A DNA stretch of 62,973 nt, filler included, from Thraustochytrium aureum (taxonomy: Eukaryota), in the NCBI GenBank assembly GCA_012862495.1. It is 5 parts of 3 records of this genome, joined end to end, with 100 filler letters (N's around TTAATTAATTAA, not from the genome) between each part and the next. Parts side by side here need not be neighbours in the genome. Positions count along the whole stretch, not along the records: positions 1 to 21,126 come from BLSG01000276.1; 4 more parts are not named here. One strand, given 5' to 3'. Positions 11,250 through 21,226 of the stretch are shown here, in pieces; within the stretch, counting starts at the first letter, position 1, and each line of letters begins with the position of its first letter. Position numbers and translations under genes: made by a program. The notes beneath the pieces are model-generated. The model was not told the origin of the DNA. It did not search any database and was given only the letters and a program-made list of their open reading frames with translations.

Positions 11250-12875
11250 ATGGAAGGCCGTTGGCGTCGTGGCCGCCGTGCTGGTCGCGGTCTGCGCCGA
11301 GTTGTTGCCGCGGACGGCGAGGGCGGCGTGGCCACGTTTTCGCTGGAGGAGATTGCGCTGGATGAGGCCGCTGGCGACGTGCGGCGGGCGCTTGTGGAGG
11401 AGGGGATGCTCGCGATTCGCGGCGTTCCGGGCCTGGCGGCCGCGCGAAAGGAGGCGCTGCTCGACACGGCTTTGTGCGTGCCCAGGCACGAAGGCCACAT
11501 CAAGAGGACGCTCGAAGACGGCACGGCGCGCATGTCGGTTGGAACCGAGTCGCAGGTAGCGCTGCTGGGGGAACTAGCAGCTTCCAAGGCTGTCAAAGAG
11601 TGCGCGGGCTTCGCGGACTCGAGCATCCGCCTGCGCCGCGCCGTGCAGCTGGCCACGCATGCTTTCACCGCGCGACTGGCCGCAATCCTCGGCCAACCTA
11701 CGGCGGACGGCGTGCGCGCGGGAAGCGTGCTGGAGCACTTTCACGTGTACCAGAGGGTGGCAGAGTCGACGAAGCGCGATGGCCGATCGCGCGACGGGAC
11801 TTCCGCGTCCTCGGCCGGCGCCTCGGCCGGCGCCTCGGCCGCCGCCCTGCGCTTGCACACGGATGCCGGCCTATTCATCGCCTTCGTCCCGGCTCTTCTA
11901 GTCCACCAAGACGGCACCCTGGCGGGGCCGTCCTCGACAAGCGCTGGCTTCCGTTTCGAGACGTCGCGGGGCGCGCTGGTTTCCCCCGTTTTCCAGGACG
12001 ATGGCGACGTCGTGGTGTTCATGGTCGGTGACGGGTTCAACCGGGTCTTCGGAGGCCTCNNNNNNNNNNNNNNNNNNNNNNNNNNNNNNNNNNNNNNNNN
12101 NNNNNNNNNNNNNNNNNNNNNNNNNNNNNNNNNNNNNNNNNNNNNNNNNNNNNNNNNNNNNNNNNNNNNNNNNNNNNNNNNNNNNNNNNNNNNNNNNNNN
12201 NNNNNNNNNNNNNNNNNNNNNNNNNNNNNNNNNNNNNNNNNNNNNNNNNNNNNNNNNNNNNNNNNNNNNNNNNNNNNNNNNNNNNNNNNNNNNNNNNNNN
12301 NNNNNNNNNNNNNNNNNNNNNNNNNNNNNNNNNNNNNNNNNNNNNNNNNNNNNNNNNNNNNNNNNNNNNNNNNNNNNNNNNNNNNNNNNNNNNNNNNNNN
12401 NNNNNNNNNNNNNNNNNNNNNNNNNNNNNNNNNNNNNNNNNNNNNNNNNNNNNNNNNNNNNNNNNNNNNNNNNNNNNNNNNNNNNNNNNNNNNNNNNNNN
12501 NNNNNNNNNNNNNNNNNNNNNNNNNNNNNNNNNNNNNNNNNNNNNNNNNNNNNNNNNNNNNNNNNNNNNNNNNNNNNNNNNNNNNNNNNNNNNNNNNNNN
12601 NNNNNNNNNNNNNNNNNNNNNNNNNNNNNNNNNNNNNNNNNNNNNNNNNNNNNNNNNNNNNNNNNNNNNNNNNNNNNNNNNNNNNNNNNNNNNNNNNNNN
12701 NNNNTTTATGTTTGCCGCGATCGTGCTGGGCCTTGGTGCCGGCCATTTGCTGTTCAACTCCACGCAGCCAGTTCAAGAGTCCGCCGAGCCCTGCTGCGCG
12801 GCCATGGATGACGACGAGTTCATCGAGCAAACTGCCCCGAGCAGCCGCGGAAACACTGCGCCGCTCCTGGCTTGA
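11250..12875 (+). CDS. 2OG-Fe(II) oxygenase-like protein, probably ending in a Ctr copper-transporter-like C-terminus (spans a gap; start uncertain)
   Basis: LEHFHVY...LHTDAGLFIAF...VVFMVGD before the gap. After the gap: FMFAAIVLGLGAGHLLF...EPCC then stop. Confidence 0.6.
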   Translation: MEGRWRRGRRAGRGLRRVVAADGEGGVATFSLEEIALDEAAGDVRRALVEEGMLAIRGVPGLAAARKEALLDTALCVPRHEGHIKRTLEDGTARMSVGTESQVALLGELAASKAVKECAGFADSSIRLRRAVQLATHAFTARLAAILGQPTADGVRAGSVLEHFHVYQRVAESTKRDGRSRDGTSASSAGASAGASAAALRLHTDAGLFIAFVPALLVHQDGTLAGPSSTSAGFRFETSRGALVSPVFQDDGDVVVFMVGDGFNRVFGGLXXXXXXXXXXXXXXXXXXXXXXXXXXXXXXXXXXXXXXXXXXXXXXXXXXXXXXXXXXXXXXXXXXXXXXXXXXXXXXXXXXXXXXXXXXXXXXXXXXXXXXXXXXXXXXXXXXXXXXXXXXXXXXXXXXXXXXXXXXXXXXXXXXXXXXXXXXXXXXXXXXXXXXXXXXXXXXXXXXXXXXXXXXXXXXXXXXXXXXXXXXXXXXXXXXXXXXXFMFAAIVLGLGAGHLLFNSTQPVQESAEPCCAAMDDDEFIEQTAPSSRGNTAPLLA

Positions 12876-13013
12876 GGCAAGGCAGCCACGCTCGGCGAGA
12901 TGGGGCGATTCGTTGAACAACTGTACACTGCGCTATTTTTTTCTTCTTCCCTGATCTTGATTGAATGGATGATCAGACGAGTGCGCTGAGAGACGAGAAG
13001 AGTTCGGATGCCG

Positions 13014-13086
13014 CTATTGCGCCGGCTTGTGCGGCGACGGCGGCTGTCCAAGGCTCTCTCGCTGCTGTTGCTGCTCCTGCTGTTGC

Positions 13087-13118
<32 letters not shown>

Positions 13119-13705
13119 TTGCTGCTGCTGAATTGTAGCTGCGTGCGCAGCTACGAGGCGGTCCATCTGGATGGCCTGCAAAAGCAAGTCTGCCCCACCG
13201 CCCATGTGTTCCGTAGAAATACGGCCACGGGCAGCAGCGAGAGCAGCAGCACCAGCACTCTCACTGGCAGTCGAGCTCCCTGGGCTTCGTGCCTCGAAAC
13301 TGACTGCTCCAGACCCCATGCTCGAAAGGGTGCCGGAGCGCAGCGCCGCGTATTTTGCTGCTCGATCCGATGACGGAACGAAAGCGCGATCTGCGCCCTG
13401 GTTCATGACAAGACCTTTCCTCCGCCGCACGCCAGACAGACACGTTAGCGGCGGGCGATCGACTCGCCTCAAGCCCAGCAAGCCTTCGACGCCATCGACT
13501 TACTCTGCACCGAGTGGACGGGGTTGATTGTGGCAGACCTCAAATCGCTCTGCATTTTCGCAAACTCCTCAAACCCTTGCCGCAGCTCAGGGTGGATCGA
13601 CTTCATGCTCTGCTCGGATACAGCGTCCGTCAGGGCCTGCCGCACCGAGTTGAGACGCGAGACGGATCTTCCAAGCAGGTTGCCGGCGACTCTCGCTCCG
13701 AACAT
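13014..13705 (-). CDS. Hypothetical protein with presequence-like N-terminus and polyQ tail (apparent frameshift near 13480)
   Basis: Two abutting minus-strand ORFs (13469-13705 and 13014-13481). No family recognised. Confidence 0.35.
13061..13130. repeat. CTG/TTG trinucleotide repeat
   Basis: About 22 triplets, reading as polyQ on the minus strand. Confidence 0.85.
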
Positions 13706-14165
13706 CGCTTCCTTGCGCCCTGTCCCCGACCGCAGCCCGTCGCCATCGCGCCCGCGGGACCGTCCGCACTCCCGTCAGCGACCAGCCCGCAGGACCTGAC
13801 GCGCGCCGTGCTCTGACTCACCAAAGGCGAAGTACGCCACCGCGCCCAGCACGATCACCTGGGGCATCGTGATGTCCAGCATCTCGGTGGCCACCTAGCG
13901 GACCTCAGGACTAGGGCCCCGCTCCCGATCGCCGCGCTCTCTCGCGCGCTGGCGGCTCCGCGGGCCCCTTGCCGTGGTTCGGGCACGGCCTTTGGCTCAC
14001 CGGTCCACGACAGGCTCTGGAGCCACGGTTTTCGGTGGAGCGGAAGGCCCAGCAAGCGCCTTTCGAAAACGCCGAGCAGCAGCCGCAGCCGCAGCAGCAG
14101 CCGCAGCAGCCGCAGCAGCAGAAGAGGTCGGAGAAGCCGTCGGTTTGCCTCGAGGCGCTTGCGCG

Positions 14166-16227
14166 ATGCCACTCGCTCTGGCCCGGCTCTCGCGGCGCGG
14201 CAGGAGGTCCTGGGTTGCTGGCGTGCCGAGACTGTCGGTGTCGACGTCGGGACGCACTCGCCTCGTGCAAGCAAGGGCGCTCTCCGCTCTTGCGCGCGGG
14301 AGCGGGGCCACGGCGCGCCGCACGGACCGGGCACGGGTACCGGCGCTGAACCAGCTTGGCTTTGCAAGGCTGGCGAGCTCAAAGTCCTCCGGCGAGTTTC
14401 CACAAGACTTGCCAAGTGAGACCACCCTGCTGAACAAAGCAGACTTTCTCAAGGACGAACTGGATGAGGACGACATGGAGGCATGGGCCATGTTGCAACG
14501 CAATACGGCGGGCCTCGGTGGTATGGCCGGCGCGCTCAAAGAGTTGGAGAACCTGGACTGGTTTAGCGATGGTGCCGATGATGAGTCAGACGAAAACCTC
14601 CAAGAGTTTCTGCGATTGTCACACCGCACAAGCCACAGACGGACGCTGCGGACATCGACGCTTGACGAGGATGAGATCGCCAAGCTGCGACAGGCGGGGC
14701 GCTCGGGCGGCCGGTCCCCCATCCTGGTTCCCCTCCAGCTTCGAGAGCGCTTGGCGAAAGCGCTCGAGGGGCGCAAGCTGCCACAGCTCGCTGCGTTCCA
14801 CGACCAACTACGCAAAAAGTGGACGGAGCGCCGCGTCGCTCACCTCCACCTCGGCAATGCCCCGGTGGTCAGATACTCGTGGAAGGAGTCTCTCGCGTAC
14901 GCGGCGTTCGACTTGTTGCCCGTTTACGCCCTCAACGCGAGAATCTTGAAGGACACCTTGAGGCACATCTCCATCGACCGCCGAGACAAGTACGAGACGA
15001 TGCTAGACTTTGGCGCTGGGCCAGGCACGGCCATTCTCGCTGCCCGCGAGTCGCCCTCGCTGCCAAACCTTCGCGAGGCGCTCATGGTGGAGCCCTCGAG
15101 GTCAATGTGGGAACTGGCTGTGCAATTGGTGCACGGCCACGTCGACTACAAAAAGGACTCGGCAGAAGACATTTTGAAGCGGTTTCGCGAAGAGGCGAGC
15201 AGCCGGTTTGGCCTCCTCTGGTGCCCTGCGCTCCCCAAGCTCATCCAAGGCCTCTCCGACGACCAAATGCCCCAGTATGACATCGTCAACTGCTCGATGG
15301 CGCTTTCCGAGCTTCCTTCAGACGAATCGCGCGCTTTGACGCTGGGCATTCTGTGGCGCTTGGTCAAGCCAGGGGGAATCCTGATAGTTGCCGAGCGCGG
15401 CGACAGAGCGAGCCAGCGGATCCTGCAAGACGCGCGGCACACGCTCCTCTTTGACAGGGAGCGGCTCGGTCGCGCCCCTCCACCGCCTGGTCAAAATTCA
15501 ACCGTTCAAGTACGGGGGGCGCATCGTGGCGCCCTGCTTGCACATGGAGGCGTGCCCCATGTCGGTGGCCCCGCTCGACGGGTCCCCGCCGCAATCCCGC
15601 GGCTGCTTCTTCGTCCAGCAGGCTCGCCGTTCGGTAACGAAGCGAAGTGACAAGGGTCAAGGGCTTGGCCGCCCCACCTCCCTGCACGCCTTCTCGTTCG
15701 TGGCTTTCCAAAAGGACCTGGATCCTCGGGAAACCCGTGCGCGGGGCTCCAAGCGCGCAGAGGCGGTCGCTGAAACGCCCAAGACACCAGCCAGGGGAGA
15801 AGCAACAACTGTGCCAGGAGACTTTGACATTATGGGGCGGGTTGTCAAGCCGCCGCTTCTTCGCAAACAGCACGTCAGCGTGGACATTTGCTCTACAAAC
15901 GGCCAGCTGGAGCGCATCACCATCCCCAAAAGCCCAAAGACGCGCGGCGTGTACCGTGCAGCGCGCAAAGCCGAGTGGGGCGGGGTTTGGTTCAACAACC
16001 TCGAGCCAAGCGAGCTCGCCGAGTGGCGATCCCGGGACCCTCGCCTGTTTGACGAAAACCAGGATCTTGGCTCTCAACCGGGTGCCTCGCTCGAGGACGA
16101 AACTGGCGATAGCGAGGACGAGGATGAGGGCGACCACGCCGATCCAGCGGACCAGGTGGGGCGGGGCGGCGACGTTGAGCGTCCGACGGGCCAAGGCCAA
16201 CCTATAGATAGAGCGAGCAAAGCGTAA
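14166..16227 (+). CDS. RSM22: Mitochondrial small-subunit assembly methyltransferase-like protein Rsm22/METTL17 (frameshift near 15478)
   Basis: Presequence-like start, LDFGAGPGT, LSEL, LWRLVKPGGILIVAERG. Second frame supplies IVAPCLHMEACPM, CFFVQ, RVVKPPLLRKQHVSVDIC and YRAARKAEWG. Confidence 0.9.
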
Positions 16228-16545
16228 GCTGTCGTGTGGCTTTGCTACCGTCTCGGGCCGCGAAATGTGTGGCCGCCCACCATTCAAGCGCAATAGAGAA
16301 AGAGGGCCGATCGGGGCGGGCAGGATGTGCTGTCACCTCGACGTTTCGCGCAGGTCCAAGTAGCGCGCCACCTCGCAAGGTGTGTAAAGACGTAAAGACA
16401 AGACAATGAAAAGCGTACTTACTTGTAAACTGATGAGTACCCCTATTTCACACGCAATAAAGCTGCCGGGCCCTCCGTTCCGTCCCGATCTCTAGCTAGA
16501 GCTAGCTTGTTCGGTGGCCGCCTGACCGGGTCCTCCCATTCCCCA

Positions 16546-17850
16546 TCATGGCAAACTGGCGCGCGGCGGTCGCGGAGCGAACCGAAGGAACGAGCACTGC
16601 GCAACCTGTGCGTCGAGCCACGCGAAAAACCCTTCCTCGGGCGCTTGCGACACAGCAGAGCACCAGAGGCCGTACTTCTCCATCGCATAGGTGCGGCTGT
16701 GAGCCTTCCCGGCCAGTTTCATCGTCTTGCCTACGACACCATCCTTGGCGTGGCAGTGCGCAACTGCCACGCTGGACCGCCACGCCGCCCGCGACAAAAC
16801 GTTGCAGAACCGCGGGACAGTCTCATGCGCTAACAGCACAAAGCGCGGCAAGCCGTCCCGCGCGGGGGCCACGTCGTCCTTCGAGCCGGTTAGCTCAACC
16901 TTTCTGCCGAACACCCCGACAGGGTCGATGCCGTACATTTGGAACAGCGCGCGGTTCAGACCAACCTGGTCGTCGCTGGCCATGGCCCCTTCCTTGCGAG
17001 CGCGCGTGACTACAGCGGCGACCGCGGGCGTTGCGCGAAAGTAGCCCAGCCCCATGCACGCGGTGGCCCCCCACTGCTCGGTGAGCTCGAATGGAAACTT
17101 GCCGCGGCTCATGACGATGTCGCCCGTGCGCTCGCTCAGAAGGCCCTCCTCCACGACGTTCCGCACCCAAACAGCGTCCACGTCGGAGAACACAACACTG
17201 ATGCCGCTTTCTAAAAGCTCCAGCAGGTGAGTCAGACGCAGAATCCAGAGCTGCCCTATGCGTTTCACGTTCATGGCGACGGGCTCTTCCTTGTCTACGC
17301 CAGACCCGGCGCCCCGATGCAGGCTAGCCCGCCTACGGCTCGGGTTGGCGACCTCCAAGCCACCGCTCGCGCTGCTCGAGTGTTTGGCTCCGGCAGCCGA
17401 GTCGGCCATTGCAGCCGAGTTTACAAAGTAGCAGGGAATGCGCCGTGCGCGAAGGAAGAGCTGCAGTTCACGGTCAAGGCAGACAATGCCCCACGAGGTC
17501 GCGCCGACGCGGCGAAGCGACAAGAGCCAGTTCACGAGCGCCTCGCGGTACGAAAACGTCGCGTAGGTCAACACGACGGGGTCGTTCTTCCTCTCGCGCA
17601 CGGCCCTCGCAAACGCGGTCACATTCGTTGCTTCCGCAGCATCTTTAAACGACACGGTCCTCCTCGGCCGCAGCACCTTCACTTCGGCCGCCTCGTCCTC
17701 GCCAGAAGGCCCAGGTGTGGCGCTCGTCGGCTTGGGCGAGGCCGCGGCGTCCTCCTGCACAGTCTGCAAGAGCACAAGCGCACAAAGCGCCACAACTGCG
17801 AGCATGAGCACGCCGCGATGGTTCACCTTGCGTTTCTTGACGCCGCCCAT
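16546..17850 (-). CDS. Type II membrane nucleotide-diphospho-sugar transferase (GT77-like)
   Basis: Basic N-terminal tail plus one TM helix; LVNW, VVFSDVDAVW (DxD motif), CMGLGYFRAT, DDQVGLN. Confidence 0.85.
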   Translation of the reverse strand: MGGVKKRKVNHRGVLMLAVVALCALVLLQTVQEDAAASPKPTSATPGPSGEDEAAEVKVLRPRRTVSFKDAAEATNVTAFARAVRERKNDPVVLTYATFSYREALVNWLLSLRRVGATSWGIVCLDRELQLFLRARRIPCYFVNSAAMADSAAGAKHSSSASGGLEVANPSRRRASLHRGAGSGVDKEEPVAMNVKRIGQLWILRLTHLLELLESGISVVFSDVDAVWVRNVVEEGLLSERTGDIVMSRGKFPFELTEQWGATACMGLGYFRATPAVAAVVTRARKEGAMASDDQVGLNRALFQMYGIDPVGVFGRKVELTGSKDDVAPARDGLPRFVLLAHETVPRFCNVLSRAAWRSSVAVAHCHAKDGVVGKTMKLAGKAHSRTYAMEKYGLWCSAVSQAPEEGFFAWLDAQVAQCSFLRFAPRPPRASLP

Positions 17851-18111
17851 CCTTGGCCCAGCCAGCCAGCTGCGCGCTCGCCCCCAAAGCCCAGTGCCTG
17901 CCTGCCTGCCTGCCGGCCTGCTCGACTTCCTCGTGCCTGCCTCGCAAATACAGAACAAGGCATAGCTCGTCGCTCACATTCAATCGAGTTTTGTAAATCA
18001 ATCGATTGATCTCTTGTGGAACACCAAAGCTTCGTCGCATGAGAGCAAGAGGAGGTTCTTTCATTCTTGGGTCGTTGTTGCTCGTTATTCTTTATGTCCT
18101 GTAGCAGAACA

Positions 18112-18300
18112 GCTCGTTCTGTTCGTTCGCGTTCGTCATGTTCGTTCGCGTTCGTCATGTTCGTTCGCGTTCGTCATATTCGTTCGTGTTGGTTTGTTCG
18201 TTCGCGTTCGTCGTGTTCTTCCGCGTTCGTCGTGTTCGCTCGCGTTGGTTTGTTCGTTCGCGCTCGTCGTGTTCGCTCGCGTTGGTTTGTTCGTTTTGGT
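18112..18300. repeat. GTTC-based degenerate tandem repeat (about 19-nt GTTCGTTCGCGTTCGTCAT unit)
   Basis: Directly visible between two divergently oriented genes. Confidence 0.85.
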
Positions 18301-18486
18301 GGGCGAACGAGTGGCTCGGCGCCGGCGTTCGCAAGCGCAGGCGCAGGCACTGGCAGACCTCGAGGCGTCGCGGAGCAGAGTAGGCGCGGAGGATCAGCCG
18401 GGAGGAGACGTGTAGTCGAGGGCTCGAGCTGGTTGCGATCGACTGGGGCGTCGCCTTGGGCCAGCGGGAGCGGCGGAAGAGGCGCG

Positions 18487-19341
18487 ATGGAGGACGAAAA
18501 GTTGGCCAAGCTCCACGGGGACCTCCAGGCAAAGCAGGACTCGCGCGGGGCGCGAGGCGGGCTTGGGACAGGGATCGGGTCTGGCGGGTTTGATCTGAAT
18601 AGGTCCATTTTGAAGAAGGCTGGGCTGCTCAAGGAGGAAGATGAGGACCGGCCGGCCAATATGCCGTTGATTCGGTTCGTGCGCGCTGGAACTGTGCTTG
18701 ACAAGCCCAAGACAAACCACTTTGACTTTGGCAGCAAGGAGACCGCAGGCACAAGTGAGAGCGACAAAGGCAAGAAAAAGGACAAGAAGAAGGACAAGAA
18801 GAAAGACAAGAAGAAAGACAAGAAGAAAGACAAGGCGGAGGGCGACAAGACCAAAACCGTCAAGGCGCAACCCAACGAAAAACCAAGCGGCGAGACAGCA
18901 AAGGTCGTGGCCGAAACCACTGATAAGGCCGCCAAGAAGGCCGCCAAGAAAGCCGCCAAGAAGGCCGCTGAAAAGGCCTCGGAAATGCAGGCCAAGGAGG
19001 AGGCGTCTGAGCCGGACTCGAGCAGCTCCGACAAGGAGGCCGCCAAAGCGCAAGACGAGAAAGCTGCCAAGAAAGCTGCCAAGAAGGCCGCCAAAGCGGC
19101 CAAGAAAGCCGCCAAATCCAACGCAACGATTGCAGAGAGCGTCAGTGATGAGCCACCGCAAGAATCGAGGAAGCGCAAGGTCGAGTCAAGCGCGGTCCCA
19201 GAGTCCGGCGCAGACGCGGGCGCCCTCCCCAAGCCGGCCAAGAAGTCGAAGAAAGACAAGAAGGAAAAAAAGGAAAAGAAAGACAAGAAGGAAAAGAAGG
19301 ACGGGAAAGCCAAATCCAAGAGCGACAAGAGCAAAGAGTAG
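18487..19341 (+). CDS. Lys/Ala-rich low-complexity protein (possibly nucleolar)
   Basis: ATG at 18487, RGARGGLG motif, and KKKD, AAKK and KKE repeats. Confidence 0.7.
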   Translation: MEDEKLAKLHGDLQAKQDSRGARGGLGTGIGSGGFDLNRSILKKAGLLKEEDEDRPANMPLIRFVRAGTVLDKPKTNHFDFGSKETAGTSESDKGKKKDKKKDKKKDKKKDKKKDKAEGDKTKTVKAQPNEKPSGETAKVVAETTDKAAKKAAKKAAKKAAEKASEMQAKEEASEPDSSSSDKEAAKAQDEKAAKKAAKKAAKAAKKAAKSNATIAESVSDEPPQESRKRKVESSAVPESGADAGALPKPAKKSKKDKKEKKEKKDKKEKKDGKAKSKSDKSKE

Positions 19342-19475
19342 ATCCATCAGCGCTGCGCGCGCCTGCCCTGACCTGACAGCCCCTGCTTGCTTGAGAGCGC
19401 CTCAATTGCGACAGGTGGCGCTCGACCTTTAGAATAGCAAAATGAACGCAACCTGCCTGACTTGCCGAGACCGAT

Positions 19476-20789
19476 TCAATAGTCGAGTCCGCCGAGACCC
19501 TGCCCTTCAAAGGTGCCTGCTCGCCACCACCGTCTGTCAAAGAGCTCACCTCGCGTGAAATCATCGACGTCCATCAAGTCTGCAGGAAAGCGCGCGTCCC
19601 CTCGAGCGCGCTGGAAAAACACCATAGAATGCCGCGGCAGGTCCCCTGTCATTGTGACCCGGTGCAGAACAGGACGCACAAGGCCGTCAGTTAGTTTGGC
19701 GAGCGCCTCGCCCGCGAAGAGCACGAGCTCGTCGCCTGCCAGAAGAGCGTCCACGTTGACATAGGTCTGCGACTTGGCGTCGAGAATCTCCAAGCCTGCG
19801 GCCGTCGCCTTCGGCGCAATGGACAATAGTCCGAGGTCTGCATGGAGCCCGCAGGCGCCACACCGTCGCGGCATGTAGCGGTATACACGGAGCACAGAGG
19901 GGCCCCACCGAAGCGGGCCGTGCCGGGGTGGCCTGTTCACGCCGACGGCGGCCGCGTTTTCGTCAAGCATCAGAGCTTGGCAGCCGAGCGCCTCAAGCAT
20001 CGCTGTCAGGCAAGCGTCGGCCAGGTCCTCAAACATCAGTTGGGCCGCCTTGGAACGGGCGCTAAGGTCGTCGCAGCCGGCGCGCGCTAGGCAATTCGAT
20101 AGCAAGAACGGGGGCCACTCTTGCAAGGGACGGCGGATTTGCCAGACCTGCCGGTCAGGGTTGTCAACAAACCCGACAAACTTGGTGCCTCCCGCGAAAG
20201 GCTCCTCCCAGCGCGCCGCCGGGTCGACTTGCACGGCGTCTGCGTAGGCCGAGAAGCTGGCAAACAAAGCCCGCACGACATTCACCATTTCAGCCGGGGC
20301 TCGAAGGATGGCAAACCCGCGCGATGACAAGGCGTCGAGCGCACCGCTCACGGCGTCGGGGTTTCCACGGGCAAGAGCGGCAGCATCGAGGCTTCGCGGC
20401 GCTCCGGCTTGGACGGCTATGCGCGCAGCCTCCATCGCGCCCAGACGAATCGGGACGACCACAAGCGCGACGAGTATGCAGCCCGTTGCACGACGACCAG
20501 CGCGGGCAACAGCATACCTCGCCTCCCGCTCGACGATAGGCGCAAAGCACTCAAAGGGCTGCAGCGCACTGTACTCCGTGCCCTCTGCTATTACGGCAAG
20601 CGCGGGCACGTCTGCCACCGTCCAGCCAAAGGCCTTTCTTACGCCGCGGCTTGCTTCGCGCAGCAGCTCGTCCGACGGCCGCCATGCCGTGGCCTCGTTC
20701 GGGCCGGTCTGCACCAACGTCTCGAACGCCCAGCTGCGCGCGCCCGCCTGCAGCGGGTTTGAGAAGCGCACTGCCACCCGCGTAGGCAT
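19476..20789 (-). CDS. 2OG-Fe(II) dioxygenase, IPNS-like (start uncertain)
   Basis: LRVYRY, HADLGLLSI (HxD), GLEI, LFAGE, HRV and RHS (2OG-binding RxS). Confidence 0.88.
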   Translation of the reverse strand: MPTRVAVRFSNPLQAGARSWAFETLVQTGPNEATAWRPSDELLREASRGVRKAFGWTVADVPALAVIAEGTEYSALQPFECFAPIVEREARYAVARAGRRATGCILVALVVVPIRLGAMEAARIAVQAGAPRSLDAAALARGNPDAVSGALDALSSRGFAILRAPAEMVNVVRALFASFSAYADAVQVDPAARWEEPFAGGTKFVGFVDNPDRQVWQIRRPLQEWPPFLLSNCLARAGCDDLSARSKAAQLMFEDLADACLTAMLEALGCQALMLDENAAAVGVNRPPRHGPLRWGPSVLRVYRYMPRRCGACGLHADLGLLSIAPKATAAGLEILDAKSQTYVNVDALLAGDELVLFAGEALAKLTDGLVRPVLHRVTMTGDLPRHSMVFFQRARGDARFPADLMDVDDFTRGELFDRRWWRAGTFEGQGLGGLDY

Positions 20790-21126
20790 CGCGCGACGTG
20801 GGCCGCAGACCCAGGGAAGACTAGGTAGCTCTCCAGTTGGTTGTGTGGTGGGACTCCCTGTGCATTCGTGGGTTTCGTGGGCCGGGTTGGCAGCGGCGTT
20901 CTCAGCTCGAGCAATTCCATGGATGACTGACTGGACGTGCAGAGCCAGGCCGGGCGGAGGGCCAGAGCCTGCGACGCGAACCGGGCCGCGGCGTGCGAGC
21001 ATCGCTGGGCTCGGGTTGGCCGTCTGTTCGGTCGTTTTTTCCCTTCTGATTCTCATCAATCGATCAGGAGAAAGAAACAATTGCAATACAAGCGTTCATC
21101 GAGCCAAGTAGCTAGCTAGCTCTAGT

Positions 21127-21226
21127 NNNNNNNNNNNNNNNNNNNNNNNNNNNNNNNNNNNNNNNNNNNNTTAATTAATTAANNNNNNNNNNNNNNNNNN
21201 NNNNNNNNNNNNNNNNNNNNNNNNNN
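21127..21226. other. Artificial scaffold linker
   Basis: N44-TTAATTAATTAA-N44, a six-frame stop spacer. Confidence 0.95.

Noticed and set aside
18174..19334. 386-aa hydrophobic minus-strand ORF
   Set aside because: Antisense of the Lys/Ala-rich gene.
21171..21182. TTAATTAATTAA palindrome, also at 36098, 48579 and 61715
   Set aside because: Always centred in identical N44 flanks, so it is a synthetic linker. Gene adjacency across these points is not biological evidence.
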